A DNA stretch of 64,000 bases from a virus. Taxonomy: Duplodnaviria > Caudoviricetes. The notes below the pieces were generated by a model. It was not told the origin of the DNA, did not search any database, and worked only from the letters and a program-made list of their open reading frames with translations. A program made the position numbers and the translations under genes. This document shows, in pieces, positions 46,483-55,306 of this stretch. The stretch is taken from IMG/VR virus record IMGVR_UViG_3300032218_003260. One strand, given 5' to 3'. Numbering within the stretch: the stretch's first letter is position 1; every line of letters starts with the position of its first letter.

Positions 46483-46674
46483 TCAGTTGCTTTCCGTAAT
46501 CTGCTCGTCATTACTGGCAATGTAAAAATCGCCGGTAAGCTGCTCGTCCACCTTTGCGCCCAACGCCTGTTCCAGCGCTCGCGTCGCGTCCTGACAAGAG
46601 CTGCCGGTAAAACCGAAAGTTTCGATCTTGGTGCCGCCCTTCGGGTCGACAACGATATGAATGGTCTTCGACAT
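46483..46674 (-). CDS. DUF2997 family protein
   Basis: I...VDP.G.T.IET.GFTG.SC..AT..LE.ALG. Confidence 0.85.
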   Translation of the reverse strand: MSKTIHIVVDPKGGTKIETFGFTGSSCQDATRALEQALGAKVDEQLTGDFYIASNDEQITESN

Positions 46675-46676
46675 GT

Positions 46677-47042
46677 TTAGAAACCTCCCGTCAGGCTGAG
46701 TTTGACCGAACCGTCCGGCAGCATCTCCTCGAACACCGAGTAGCCGCCCTTCTGAGCTTCGTAGATCGCCTTTTCGACCGCGTACGCCTGCAGGAACCTG
46801 TCCAACTCTTCCTGCCTACCCCACGCGCCGTTGTAGTTATCGTACGCCGCGGCGCCGGTTTCCGTATTGAACACGGCCGGGTACTGCCAGCCCGGGAGCT
46901 TCACAGCCAGTCCATCGGCACTCTGGCCGGCGAACAGCACATGATGCCCGGCCTTTGGGGCCTCAAACCCGAGACGCTTGCAGGCCGCTTCAACCGCGGC
47001 AGCGTCTTTTACTTCCGTCTTGATCTGAACAATGTGAGACAT
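46677..47042 (-). CDS. DUF1257 (Ycf35-like) protein
   Basis: MSHIV.IKTEV.D..A...AC..LG...YD...G.WG....L..F.Q.YAVEK. Confidence 0.85.
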   Translation of the reverse strand: MSHIVQIKTEVKDAAAVEAACKRLGFEAPKAGHHVLFAGQSADGLAVKLPGWQYPAVFNTETGAAAYDNYNGAWGRQEELDRFLQAYAVEKAIYEAQKGGYSVFEEMLPDGSVKLSLTGGF

Positions 47043-47066
47043 GCTTAGCCTCTTCTGTCCTTTGCT

Positions 47067-47366
47067 TTAAGGTAGTTCTTGAAGTGCACACACAACTGTG
47101 TTTTCAAATTGTTCCGGCGAGATGTAATCATTGCCGGCAAAATATTCCAATACAGCAACCGCAATTTTGCGATTGTAAACGTATTTAAACTGTAGCGGAC
47201 CGCGCGGCGTATCTAAGCGATATTCCGTGATATCGTGTAACGACACGACTTCTGGAATTGCGATAACGTCGCTGTATTTTTTTCGTAACTCATTAAGCTC
47301 GTCGAGCGCCGTCAGAATGCGTTCGCGATCTTCGTCAAAACAATCTTCATTGTCGTAGGGCGTCAT
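47067..47366 (-). CDS. hypothetical protein
   Basis: 99 aa, lower GC than neighbours. Confidence 0.6.
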   Translation of the reverse strand: MTPYDNEDCFDEDRERILTALDELNELRKKYSDVIAIPEVVSLHDITEYRLDTPRGPLQFKYVYNRKIAVAVLEYFAGNDYISPEQFENTVVCALQELP

Positions 47367-47671
47367 CGGTACGCGATGATCTCTGCTTTAGTCTCTATCC
47401 AAACATGCGCGCCGCACGAGAGTGGCGCGTCTGGGGAGTACACAACCTGCGATTCGCCGCGGACGTCGACGTGTTTTGCCGCGTACGTTTTGTTGCGCCA
47501 CTTGATCGTCAGTGGCGGCACGCGCAGGTTTTGTTTTTTGTTATCGCGGATAATGTGCTGGTTAACGTGTATACGTTTAATCGTCCCAGCGGGCATTGTC
47601 ATTTCATCGGCGTCCCCCGGGAAACGCAGCGGAATACGGGGCTCCAACAGGCAGACGTCTTCTGTCGCCAT
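47363..47671 (-). CDS. conserved phage hypothetical protein
   Basis: IHVNQH.I..N.K...P.LTIK...YA..V.I.G.S.VVY.P..PLSCGA.VWIET. Confidence 0.75.
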   Translation of the reverse strand: MATEDVCLLEPRIPLRFPGDADEMTMPAGTIKRIHVNQHIIRDNKKQNLRVPPLTIKWRNKTYAAKHVDVRGESQVVYSPDAPLSCGAHVWIETKAEIIAYR

Positions 47672-47682
47672 AGGTAAAGATA

Positions 47683-47733
47683 TTTATCGCGCGTCGGCAT
47701 GGTCGTCCGTGACCATCGCCGGGCGCGGATAAA
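47683..47733. terminator. long imperfect hairpin downstream of the acidic HTH gene
   Basis: TTTATC/GATAAA, CGCGC/GCGCG and ATGGTC/GACCAT arms. Confidence 0.5.
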
Positions 47734-47739
47734 AATAGC

Positions 47740-48591
47740 TTACGACGCAACTACCGAGCGCAACTTCTTGTGCTCAGCCAGAATGTTGCCGGCCATGTCG
47801 TAGCAACCGTCGCAAGCAGCCAGAAACGCCGTCGCAGCCTTGAGCTGATCCATCGGCAGCGTCGTCGAACCAGACGGCCCGCGCGCGACCGGCCGCTTCG
47901 GGGCGGCGCTCTTCGCCGGCTCTTCCTTCCGCTTGTGGCGCGCCGCGTCGCGGGTCCGCTCTTCGCCCGCAGCTACGGCCTCGCCGCGCTTTGCGGGAGC
48001 TACGCCTGCTTTCTTCAACAGCTGGCTCACTTGAGCCGGGCTGACTTCAACACGCTTCTTGGCGAGCGCCGCCACGATGTCAACACCGCGGAGCGAGTCA
48101 CCAGACTCCTGCCGACGCTCGATCTCCTCGCGGATGTGATCGGCGCCGCTTTTCTTCTCGGCCATATCTTTCACCTTCCCTTTTCTGGTCTTGGTCGCAT
48201 TGGGCGCCTCGACCGGGTCATCGTCTTCGTCGGCTTCCACAGTGGAGTCGACAGCTTCGTCCGAAACCTCGTCGCCGTCTTCCGGCTCATACTCGGTTTC
48301 GTCGTCTTCGTCGTCGGTCAGCTTCGCGGCCGTCGAGCGGACGTCTTCGCTGCCTTCGTCTTCGTAATCGGCTTCAGCGTATGCCGCTTCGTCGTCGACT
48401 GTGTCTTCTTCAAGCTCGGCGTCGACATTTGCGTCAACGTCTTCGTCGTCGTAATCTTCTGGTGTCGCGAACCGCATCCCTGTGGTTCCTTTCTCCTTCT
48501 TGTCTTTCTCTGCGGGTGCCTTGCTGGTTGCGCCCGGAAGTGGCTTTCCCCACAGATTTGCCGGACTCACAAACTCGTCAGCCTTGGCCAT
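47740..48591 (-). CDS. acidic low-complexity protein with C-terminal HTH-like domain
   Basis: About 100 aa Asp/Glu tract, then SGADHIRE...GVDIVAALAKKRVEVSPAQVSQL and LDQL..A..F..ACDG. Confidence 0.7.
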   Translation of the reverse strand: MAKADEFVSPANLWGKPLPGATSKAPAEKDKKEKGTTGMRFATPEDYDDEDVDANVDAELEEDTVDDEAAYAEADYEDEGSEDVRSTAAKLTDDEDDETEYEPEDGDEVSDEAVDSTVEADEDDDPVEAPNATKTRKGKVKDMAEKKSGADHIREEIERRQESGDSLRGVDIVAALAKKRVEVSPAQVSQLLKKAGVAPAKRGEAVAAGEERTRDAARHKRKEEPAKSAAPKRPVARGPSGSTTLPMDQLKAATAFLAACDGCYDMAGNILAEHKKLRSVVAS

Positions 48592-48699
48592 AGTGTCCTC
48601 TCCTAAAGCGCCGCCGGCCGAAACATTTCGGCCTCGTTGTGCGGCTAAATGAAAAATACACCACCGGAAACAAAAATCAACTATTGCAGAAAACAACCG

Positions 48700-49062
48700 T
48701 TATTTGCTGCTTCTGTAGTTGTCCGGCACGTTGCCATCTTTAGTGCGAAGTGCGCCGGCATTTAGCTCGGGCCACTTCTCTAGCGAGTGGATGGCGCCGA
48801 TGACATTCCATGCAGCGTGACCAAGATGGTCTTCACTGCGGTCGCCGTTCAAGAAATTGTAGATGTGCGCAATCGCGTGGTTTAGCAGGTCAGAGACGGG
48901 CATGCCGTTTTCCCAGTTGTACGGGCCAAACTTTTCAGCCCCTTCGTGGTAAGTCTGCGCTAGCGCGCGTAGACCAATCGGCGAAATTAGATCGTAGCGC
49001 ACGGCGTCGCAATCGGCGCTGCGTACGGCGCCAGTGTCGTACTCGTGGCGTTCGTTGCTCAT
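48700..49062 (-). CDS. dATP/dGTP diphosphohydrolase domain protein (DUF5664)
   Basis: TGAVR...RYDLI.P..L..LA..Y.EGAEK.G..NWE.G...LNHA..H...DHLGHAAWN. Confidence 0.85.
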   Translation of the reverse strand: MSNERHEYDTGAVRSADCDAVRYDLISPIGLRALAQTYHEGAEKFGPYNWENGMPVSDLLNHAIAHIYNFLNGDRSEDHLGHAAWNVIGAIHSLEKWPELNAGALRTKDGNVPDNYRSSK

Positions 49063-49370
49063 CAGAGATAACCTTCTTGTCGGAAAGCAAAGTAGAGCCG
49101 CGGTTCGTCGTTGAACGCGACTGTGCCGCGAACGCCGTCAGATTTTCGAATCACGTGCACGTAAGGCGGCTCAAAGTGCGACACCTCAAATGTGTCTAGC
49201 AATTGCTCGCTGTTCCAGACCTGCTCGCCATACTGCTCTTGCAGCACGGTACGAATCTCATCTGATCCGCGGCGGTCAAGCTGCTCTTTGATAACATTAC
49301 GCAACATCACGTGCCCGATATCGAGCGGTATCTGCGTTGCGAGTTCTTTAGCTTTGTGTGGTGTCGGCAT
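49062..49370 (-). CDS. conserved hypothetical protein
   Basis: From MPTPHK; W....L...FEV..F.PP.V.V.RK.DG..G...F...PR.YF. Confidence 0.7.
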   Translation of the reverse strand: MPTPHKAKELATQIPLDIGHVMLRNVIKEQLDRRGSDEIRTVLQEQYGEQVWNSEQLLDTFEVSHFEPPYVHVIRKSDGVRGTVAFNDEPRLYFAFRQEGYL

Positions 49371-49746
49371 TTGGTTGTGCAAGCTTGTCCAGTTCTTCTT
49401 TTTGTTGTTTGATTTGCTCTGCGACATGCGCCGCATACTGGTCAAGCATTCTAAGCTGGCCGACAAGATCTTTGTGCACGTCGACACTGAACAGCGAAAG
49501 CCGCCGCATGAGCATGAGCAAACTTGCGGTAAACGGTGGTTCTTTGCTGCGTAAGCTCAGCAGGCCGGGCGGAGCGTTTTCCGGCTGCGATGTCCACAGG
49601 GGAACAAGCGCAAGTCCGTGTAGTTCTGGAACAGCGGCCATTACTTCGTTACAAAACTCTTCGCCGCGTCGCATAAATTCGACGTCAAACGGTAAGCGGC
49701 CAGATTGAATTTCAGATTGCTGATCAGGTTGCTGCGGCGTATCCAT
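49348..49746 (-). CDS. hypothetical protein
   Basis: 132 aa, AGGA RBS. Confidence 0.7.
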   Translation of the reverse strand: MDTPQQPDQQSEIQSGRLPFDVEFMRRGEEFCNEVMAAVPELHGLALVPLWTSQPENAPPGLLSLRSKEPPFTASLLMLMRRLSLFSVDVHKDLVGQLRMLDQYAAHVAEQIKQQKEELDKLAQPNADTTQS

Positions 49747-49759
49747 TAAACATCCTTTG

Positions 49760-50107
49760 TTACTGCGCGTAGCGCGATTCTTTTGGTAGCATGCCGTCGA
49801 TTACGTTACCGAGGCGTGTGGCTGCTAGGCTGTAGATCACTACTCGAACGGTAGTTTCGACCATACCGCCTATTCCTGTTCCTGCCAAGAGCAGCAAAAA
49901 CAAATACAGTGGCGCGTGATATGACTTGCAAAACGGGCAGTTGATCAGCTCTAGCAGTTTGCCTTTTGCCGTGTTGTAGGGCGTCACATCTTGAAGCGCC
50001 TGCGCGTAAGCTCGCGCTGTTTCAAACAAAGAACCCTTGTGCCACACCTCGATGATCGCACCAGCTGCGAGGGTGACAGTCAAAAAATCTAAAGCGCTAA
50101 TCGTCAT
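49760..50107 (-). CDS. DUF1360-like membrane protein
   Basis: Hydrophobic helices flanking ELINCPFCKSY. Confidence 0.6.
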   Translation of the reverse strand: MTISALDFLTVTLAAGAIIEVWHKGSLFETARAYAQALQDVTPYNTAKGKLLELINCPFCKSYHAPLYLFLLLLAGTGIGGMVETTVRVVIYSLAATRLGNVIDGMLPKESRYAQ

Positions 50108-50286
50108 CTGCGTTTTCGTTTGTGGGTAGTGTCTGTGGCGCCGCGCATGAAGCACGCACCACTATAGATTGCTGCGCCAGCTACTACGAGACCGGCGACG
50201 CCAATTTGCGGTATTGCGCAAATTCCGGCAAGAAGCATAAGCGTTGCGTACCCGGCGAAGGTAGCTTGCGGGTCTGGTTGTGACAT
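50104..50286 (-). CDS. small membrane protein
   Basis: Two hydrophobic segments, basic tail. Confidence 0.55.
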   Translation of the reverse strand: MSQPDPQATFAGYATLMLLAGICAIPQIGVAGLVVAGAAIYSGACFMRGATDTTHKRKRR

Positions 50287-50510
50287 TACGGTGCCTGACT
50301 GTCGCCGTGCGGCCACACCTGTGTTCGAGTTGTGTCCGGCGCGGCCGGGTTAAATTGATATTGCGGTAGCGGCAACGGCGCCTCAAGTTTAAGATGGTTT
50401 ACGGCGTTATCAGGGAAATAGAGCTGCGGCCCGGGGCCGCGGCGAGTGCCCTCAACGTAGTGCTGTTTTCGTTCCTGATACAGTTTTGCAGAGCGTCCGA
50501 CGTTTGCCAT
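50286..50510 (-). CDS. hypothetical protein
   Basis: 74 aa, coupled to the downstream gene, GGAGG upstream. Confidence 0.5.
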   Translation of the reverse strand: MANVGRSAKLYQERKQHYVEGTRRGPGPQLYFPDNAVNHLKLEAPLPLPQYQFNPAAPDTTRTQVWPHGDSQAP

Positions 50511-50731
50511 ATAACCTCCAAAAAGTACGCGGCCGGGTCACCGTTTAGTATACCCGGACGCGCACCCATCACTTGCGAGTCGTTTCTTTGGCGGCGGCAG
50601 CTGCAACCTGACACATGTAACCTAGTACATTTGCCAGCCCAGCAAGACCGTATATGAAAACATGCCCTGTGTATTTGAGGCTGTCTTCAACCCATTGAAA
50701 TTCTGACTCGCTACCGTTGTTATTGTGGTTC

Positions 50732-52648
50732 ATGGATAAACCTAATCAAACAGTTACTGAAGCAGTTGACATGCCTTCCGTAGGCGTGCAATCACTTCTA
50801 CAAGAATTAATCTCAATCGACGTGACGGATGTACATTCTGTTCACGCGCGAGCGGCTGTTTTGCAGCAGCTCGCCGGTCGGCATGCTTTCCCGTCACTGG
50901 AACCGATTTTACCGCTAGTTCTGAATCTTAACGGGCGCCCGTACAGCATTCAGAATCATATGCCTTTTTCCCCACTTTTCCGGCTACTGACGCCGAAAAA
51001 TCAAGTGTGGTGCACGGGGCGGCAGGTATCAAAATCGACCAGCCTAGCAGCGCACGGAGTTGTAGTTGCCAACTCTCTCCCGTTTTTTAAGACGTTATTC
51101 ATCACACCGCTGTACGAACAGATACGGCGGTTTTCGAATAACTATGTGCGTCCGTTTATCGACCAGTCTCCTGTGAAGTCGCAATGGAGCGGCACGACGA
51201 CCGAGAATTCAGTTCTGCAAAGATCTTTTAAGAACAATTCAATGATGTTGTTCAGCTTTGCGCTTTTAGATTCGGATCGTGTGCGCGGTGTTTCTGCAGA
51301 CCGTGTGTGTATCGACGAAGTTCAGGACATGGATCCTGATCACGTGCCGATCATTCAAGAAACGATGTCTTACTCCAAATGGGGGACTAGTTATTACACA
51401 GGAACGCCGAAGACGCTAGATAATTTAATTTACGGATTGTATAAACGATCATCACAAGCCGAGTGGTTTATACCGTGTCATTCATGCAAGCACTGGAGCA
51501 TCCCTTCGCTTGAATATGACTTGGACAAAATGATCGGCCCATACAGCGTGCATATCAGCGAGAAGTATCCGGGCACCGTCTGCGCTAAGTGTCAGAAACC
51601 GATCAGCCCAAGGCATGGTCGGTGGGTGCACAGATATCCCGAACGCCGCTGGCAATTTGCCGGGTATCACGTACCACAGATGATACTACCGCTTCATTTC
51701 TCCGACCCTGAAAAGTGGTCAACTCTATTGTTGAAAAGAGAAGGGTTTGGGAACATGACCCAAGCCCAGTTCTACAACGAAGTAATGGGAGAAAGCGTTG
51801 ATACCGGTCAGAAGCTCATCAGCGAAACTGATTTGAAGGCTGCGTGCGTGCTAGACTGGGAAAACAAGAAAGAACCAGACCCTAAGTGCTTTGCAAATCT
51901 CTCGAACTACAAACATCGCATCCTTGCGGTCGACTGGGGCGGCGGCGGAGAAGCAGGTATTAGTTTCACCGTGCTTGCTGTGCTGGGGTTCCGCCCGGAC
52001 GGGACCGTCGACACGCTTTGGGCCAAGCGCCTGCTTATTGGCGGCGATCATTTGGCCGAAGCTGTTGAATGTATGCGCTGGTCTAACTTGTTTAATTGCG
52101 ATTTTGTTGCTCACGATTACACGGGTGCCGGCACGGTCCGCGAAACGGTCATGGTGCAGGCAGGATTTAATCTAGAGCGAGTCTTGGCGATGCGGCTCGT
52201 TCGTTCCGCATCGCAAGATTTGATGGTGTTCAAACCACCGACAGAGATCAATCATCGGGCACACTATAGCCTCGACAAAACGCGGTCGTTGCTGTACACG
52301 TGTCAGGCGATCAAGCTGAAGCAAGTCCGTTTCTTCCAGTACGATTGGTCGTCACAGGATTCGCCGGGCTTGGTGTCGGACTTTCTTGCGTTGGTAGAAA
52401 GTAAAGCCGAGTCTAGACTAGGCGGCGATATTTATACCATTACAAGGAACACGTTGTTGACTGACGACTTCGCGCAAGCTGTTAACCTAGGCTGCGCCGC
52501 TCTTTGGCACGTGAATAACGCGTGGCCTAATTTCGCGGAGATCGCTGGCGTAGCGCGGTTAAGCGAGCGTGTTGTCAAAGCCGAGACGCCGATGGATGAC
52601 GACTGGGCGGATGACTCCATCGGGCGAAGCTACTTTGGCGGTTACTAG
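50732..52648 (+). CDS. terL: terminase large subunit (GpA-like, Zn-ribbon type)
   Basis: GRQVSKST Walker A, RGVSAD..CIDEVQD Walker B, GTPKT coupling motif, CHSC/CAKC, FYNEVMG, nuclease LAVDWG and DDFAQA. Confidence 0.9.
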   Translation: MDKPNQTVTEAVDMPSVGVQSLLQELISIDVTDVHSVHARAAVLQQLAGRHAFPSLEPILPLVLNLNGRPYSIQNHMPFSPLFRLLTPKNQVWCTGRQVSKSTSLAAHGVVVANSLPFFKTLFITPLYEQIRRFSNNYVRPFIDQSPVKSQWSGTTTENSVLQRSFKNNSMMLFSFALLDSDRVRGVSADRVCIDEVQDMDPDHVPIIQETMSYSKWGTSYYTGTPKTLDNLIYGLYKRSSQAEWFIPCHSCKHWSIPSLEYDLDKMIGPYSVHISEKYPGTVCAKCQKPISPRHGRWVHRYPERRWQFAGYHVPQMILPLHFSDPEKWSTLLLKREGFGNMTQAQFYNEVMGESVDTGQKLISETDLKAACVLDWENKKEPDPKCFANLSNYKHRILAVDWGGGGEAGISFTVLAVLGFRPDGTVDTLWAKRLLIGGDHLAEAVECMRWSNLFNCDFVAHDYTGAGTVRETVMVQAGFNLERVLAMRLVRSASQDLMVFKPPTEINHRAHYSLDKTRSLLYTCQAIKLKQVRFFQYDWSSQDSPGLVSDFLALVESKAESRLGGDIYTITRNTLLTDDFAQAVNLGCAALWHVNNAWPNFAEIAGVARLSERVVKAETPMDDDWADDSIGRSYFGGY

Positions 52649-52971
52649 AAGATACGCCAGCAATAGTCTTCGATAAATTTTTGCATCGGGCGGTGATCGC
52701 GAATCTTAGAGTTTTCGATAACGTCGATTACTTCGCGCGCCGCGTCAGCTAACGCCGCAGCAGCCGCCGTGCAATCCATAGACGAGTCGTACAACTCCCA
52801 ACCGGCGCCTGATCGCGGAATCGCCGGCTCTTTGCCGTCAAACGCGTCCGCAATCAGCCGTTGAAATACGCCGTCTGGTTCGGTGTCGAGCGCGCCAAAC
52901 TCTCGATACTTCGTTTGCATGCGCTCAAACCTACGAACCGCTTCGCGAAGTTTCTCCACCGTCAGCGTCAT
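52645..52971 (-). CDS. hypothetical protein
   Basis: Convergent with terL, stop codons overlap. Confidence 0.65.
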   Translation of the reverse strand: MTLTVEKLREAVRRFERMQTKYREFGALDTEPDGVFQRLIADAFDGKEPAIPRSGAGWELYDSSMDCTAAAAALADAAREVIDVIENSKIRDHRPMQKFIEDYCWRIF

Positions 52972-53413
52972 TGGAGTTGTTAATAGAGTTGACAAGCTCC
53001 ATTCCTTTTTCGGTTATTGAGAAATTGAAATCGTTTTTATCGTAGTCGTATTCTGCGTCTAGAAAACCGCGCTGCACGCCGACACGCATAACGTTTGATA
53101 TAACGCGCGCACCGAGCGCACGAAACAGTCGAAGCATTTTTGTCTTGTACTCTTCGAACGAGTTGGCACCAATGCCGTACGCGCCGTCAGCCTGCACGTC
53201 AGACAGTTCACGAACAATTTGTTCGACTTCCCAGACCTCCAAAAACTGTCGCTGATATTCAAGCGAGCATTCACTTTCGGTCGGTTCTTCGTTCTGCAGC
53301 TTGGCGATAAAACCGGCGAACATCACTAGTACATGATCGCGGAGATCTTCGATCGACCCGCAAATACGCCGCGCGGGCTGTTCTTCGTTTTCGTCTTCGT
53401 AGTCTTCGAACAT
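52931..53413 (-). CDS. hypothetical protein
   Basis: 160 aa from MFEDYE, GAGG RBS. Confidence 0.7.
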   Translation of the reverse strand: MFEDYEDENEEQPARRICGSIEDLRDHVLVMFAGFIAKLQNEEPTESECSLEYQRQFLEVWEVEQIVRELSDVQADGAYGIGANSFEEYKTKMLRLFRALGARVISNVMRVGVQRGFLDAEYDYDKNDFNFSITEKGMELVNSINNSNDADGGETSRSGS

Positions 53414-53420
53414 AACTACC

Positions 53421-53735
53421 TCAAGCCATCTCTGCGGCAAGACGAGCAGTGGCGAGCGCGGCGTCGTAATTGCCGCGCGCAATCATACGCGCGTGAGCGG
53501 CGTCACGGCACTGCCCCAGATAATCGGAGTAGTCGCTGTCGGTGTTGACGAGCGCTTCCGCCGAACTGAAGCTGTGCGGCTTGTTGGTCAGCGGGTTGTC
53601 GCCGCTTTTCATGATCCGCTCGACCGCAGCCATTTTGACAGAGATGCGGTTGTCTTCCAGCTCTGCCTCGCTGCGCACAGCGTCGGCAAGAACGGCGGCG
53701 GCGTGGGTAATGTTATCAGCAAAATTCTTGGCCAT
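53421..53735 (-). CDS. hypothetical protein
   Basis: 104 aa, AGGAG RBS. Confidence 0.7.
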   Translation of the reverse strand: MAKNFADNITHAAAVLADAVRSEAELEDNRISVKMAAVERIMKSGDNPLTNKPHSFSSAEALVNTDSDYSDYLGQCRDAAHARMIARGNYDAALATARLAAEMA

Positions 53736-53737
53736 GA

Positions 53738-54022
53738 TCACTCCTCAATTTTTTGCCAACCATCTATGGCGCGGCGAACAGTCAATATGTCGTCAAGCGC
53801 CCGGTCTAGCATGTGTACAGCCGATTCGAGATCGTCAGCGTCGGCTAATTCAAAGATAATAAACGCAAACAAGGTATCGCCGCATTCTCGAATACTCTGT
53901 TTGCCCACACGATTGATGTAATCGTGAAATGTTTCGTCGTTATTTGGCGGATCGACTGCGAGTAGGTCTGATCCCGGATATGAATCGTAAATTGCTTTCG
54001 GAACCAGTTGGCTATTCGTCAT
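53738..54022 (-). CDS. hypothetical protein
   Basis: From MTNSQL; GDTLF.FI..EL motif. Confidence 0.65.
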   Translation of the reverse strand: MTNSQLVPKAIYDSYPGSDLLAVDPPNNDETFHDYINRVGKQSIRECGDTLFAFIIFELADADDLESAVHMLDRALDDILTVRRAIDGWQKIEE

Positions 54023-54266
54023 TTCTCCAGTTTTGTTTTTCTTGGCGCGTTGGCTGCCGTTTGGGATATTTCTCGGGATGACAAACCTGACAACGTGCGC
54101 GCGTGCAACCACAACTGCGCAACGTTTTACGATACCGCCCGGCTTCGCTCGCGGTTTGCGCCGCGTTTTCAACCCAACTACCAAACTCCAGCCACCCGGC
54201 ATTAATTTGTCGGTGCTGCTTTACTCGGCGTTCGATGATGTGCTTTTCGCTGTGGTAACGTTTCAT
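54012..54266 (-). CDS. small basic protein with CGC...C..C motif
   Basis: 84 aa; CGCTRARCQVCH. Confidence 0.6.
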   Translation of the reverse strand: MKRYHSEKHIIERRVKQHRQINAGWLEFGSWVENAAQTASEAGRYRKTLRSCGCTRARCQVCHPEKYPKRQPTRQEKQNWRNDE

Positions 54267-54268
54267 TG

Positions 54269-54721
54269 TTATTTGCCGTCTGTTTCACAGTAGATGACGA
54301 TTTTGCAACCGCACTGTTCTGCTAGTTTGACAACGTCGGGCGCATACACCGCCACGATTTGGTCGCGTTTGATCGCGCCGGCGGTGATCAGGGACTGCAA
54401 CCCAAGTTTAGCTATGCCGCGACGTCTATACGCAGGGTCGACGAAACACTCGACGGTTTGTGCGGTAATAGGCCGACCTTTGAATTTTTCTGGCCACGGG
54501 CGCGAACCGACCCAGCCGGCTAGCGTGTCGTCTATCCACACGAGTGCCAGAGCCATTTCTGGATACGGCTGCTCATGGTTGACGTGCAGATAACGCTTGC
54601 TGAGTTCTTTTTGAATTGAACTGTCGCTACCCGAGTTTGGCCACGACAGTCTTGTCATGATGGCCGTGACATCGACCAGTCCAAGCTGGTTAATGTCTTT
54701 GATTTTGATAGTAATATTCAT
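54269..54721 (-). CDS. GNAT family acetyltransferase
   Basis: Acetyl-CoA-binding motif A: CFVDPAYRRRGIA. Confidence 0.8.
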   Translation of the reverse strand: MNITIKIKDINQLGLVDVTAIMTRLSWPNSGSDSSIQKELSKRYLHVNHEQPYPEMALALVWIDDTLAGWVGSRPWPEKFKGRPITAQTVECFVDPAYRRRGIAKLGLQSLITAGAIKRDQIVAVYAPDVVKLAEQCGCKIVIYCETDGK

Positions 54722-54756
54722 GCTGCGCCCTCCGCGACACAGCATGAAGTATACAA

Positions 54757-54829
54757 AGCCGGCGGTCGGATTCGAACCGACGACAGGCAGTTTACAAAAC
54801 TGCTACTCTACCAACTGAGTTACGCCGGC
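54757..54829 (-). tRNA. tRNA-Thr(TGT); CCA not encoded
   Basis: GCCGGCG/CGCCGGC acceptor, ACTC/GAGT D stem, GCAGT-TTTGTAA-ACTGC, GTCGG-TTCGAAT-CCGAC. Confidence 0.95.
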
Positions 54830-54834
54830 AAGCG

Positions 54835-55302
54835 TTAAACAGGTTCAGTGATTAAACCAGTTGGCCAGTAGTATGGCATGTCGATCGGCTCCTGCCAACC
54901 AAACCGCGAGTAGTAGCGGAAATCTTTGCGGAGAAGATTGCTGCGATGACTGGCGTGAAATTGCTCGTCGCCAACCCACGGCGGGTACACGTTGCGCTCA
55001 ATGGTGTTGCGCAGTGTTGTATAGCTGCCCATGAACTGCGGGCAGAGCGTGTCATTAAATCCGCGGCGTATCCACTCGCGGCACACGACTATGGCATACA
55101 CTGCTAGCGCTGTTTCATATCCCGCCCACATACGGACGGCAGGATGATTGCGCCAGCTACTTGTTCCGGGCTCATGTTCGCCTACCGGAACGCCAAGACA
55201 GAGTAAGATCTGTTTACATTCAACCCTTTGTTTGCCCAGCCTTTTGTTATCGAGGCAGGCGGCCGAGTGTTTAAATCTCGGCAGGGGTAAGAATGTCTGC
55301 AT
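54835..55302 (-). CDS. pyrimidine dimer DNA glycosylase-like (DenV/MSMEG_6728 family)
   Basis: MQTFLP....SA..LD.KRLGKQRVE..QI...HPAV.MW.GY...H.SHRSNLLRKD. Confidence 0.85.
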   Translation of the reverse strand: MQTFLPLPRFKHSAACLDNKRLGKQRVECKQILLCLGVPVGEHEPGTSSWRNHPAVRMWAGYETALAVYAIVVCREWIRRGFNDTLCPQFMGSYTTLRNTIERNVYPPWVGDEQFHASHRSNLLRKDFRYYSRFGWQEPIDMPYYWPTGLITEPV

Positions 55303-55306
55303 TTAA

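Noticed and set aside
48700-49062. Z-base (diaminopurine) genome inferred from the diphosphohydrolase
   Set aside because: No PurZ or DatZ-like gene in this window; this domain alone is not diagnostic.
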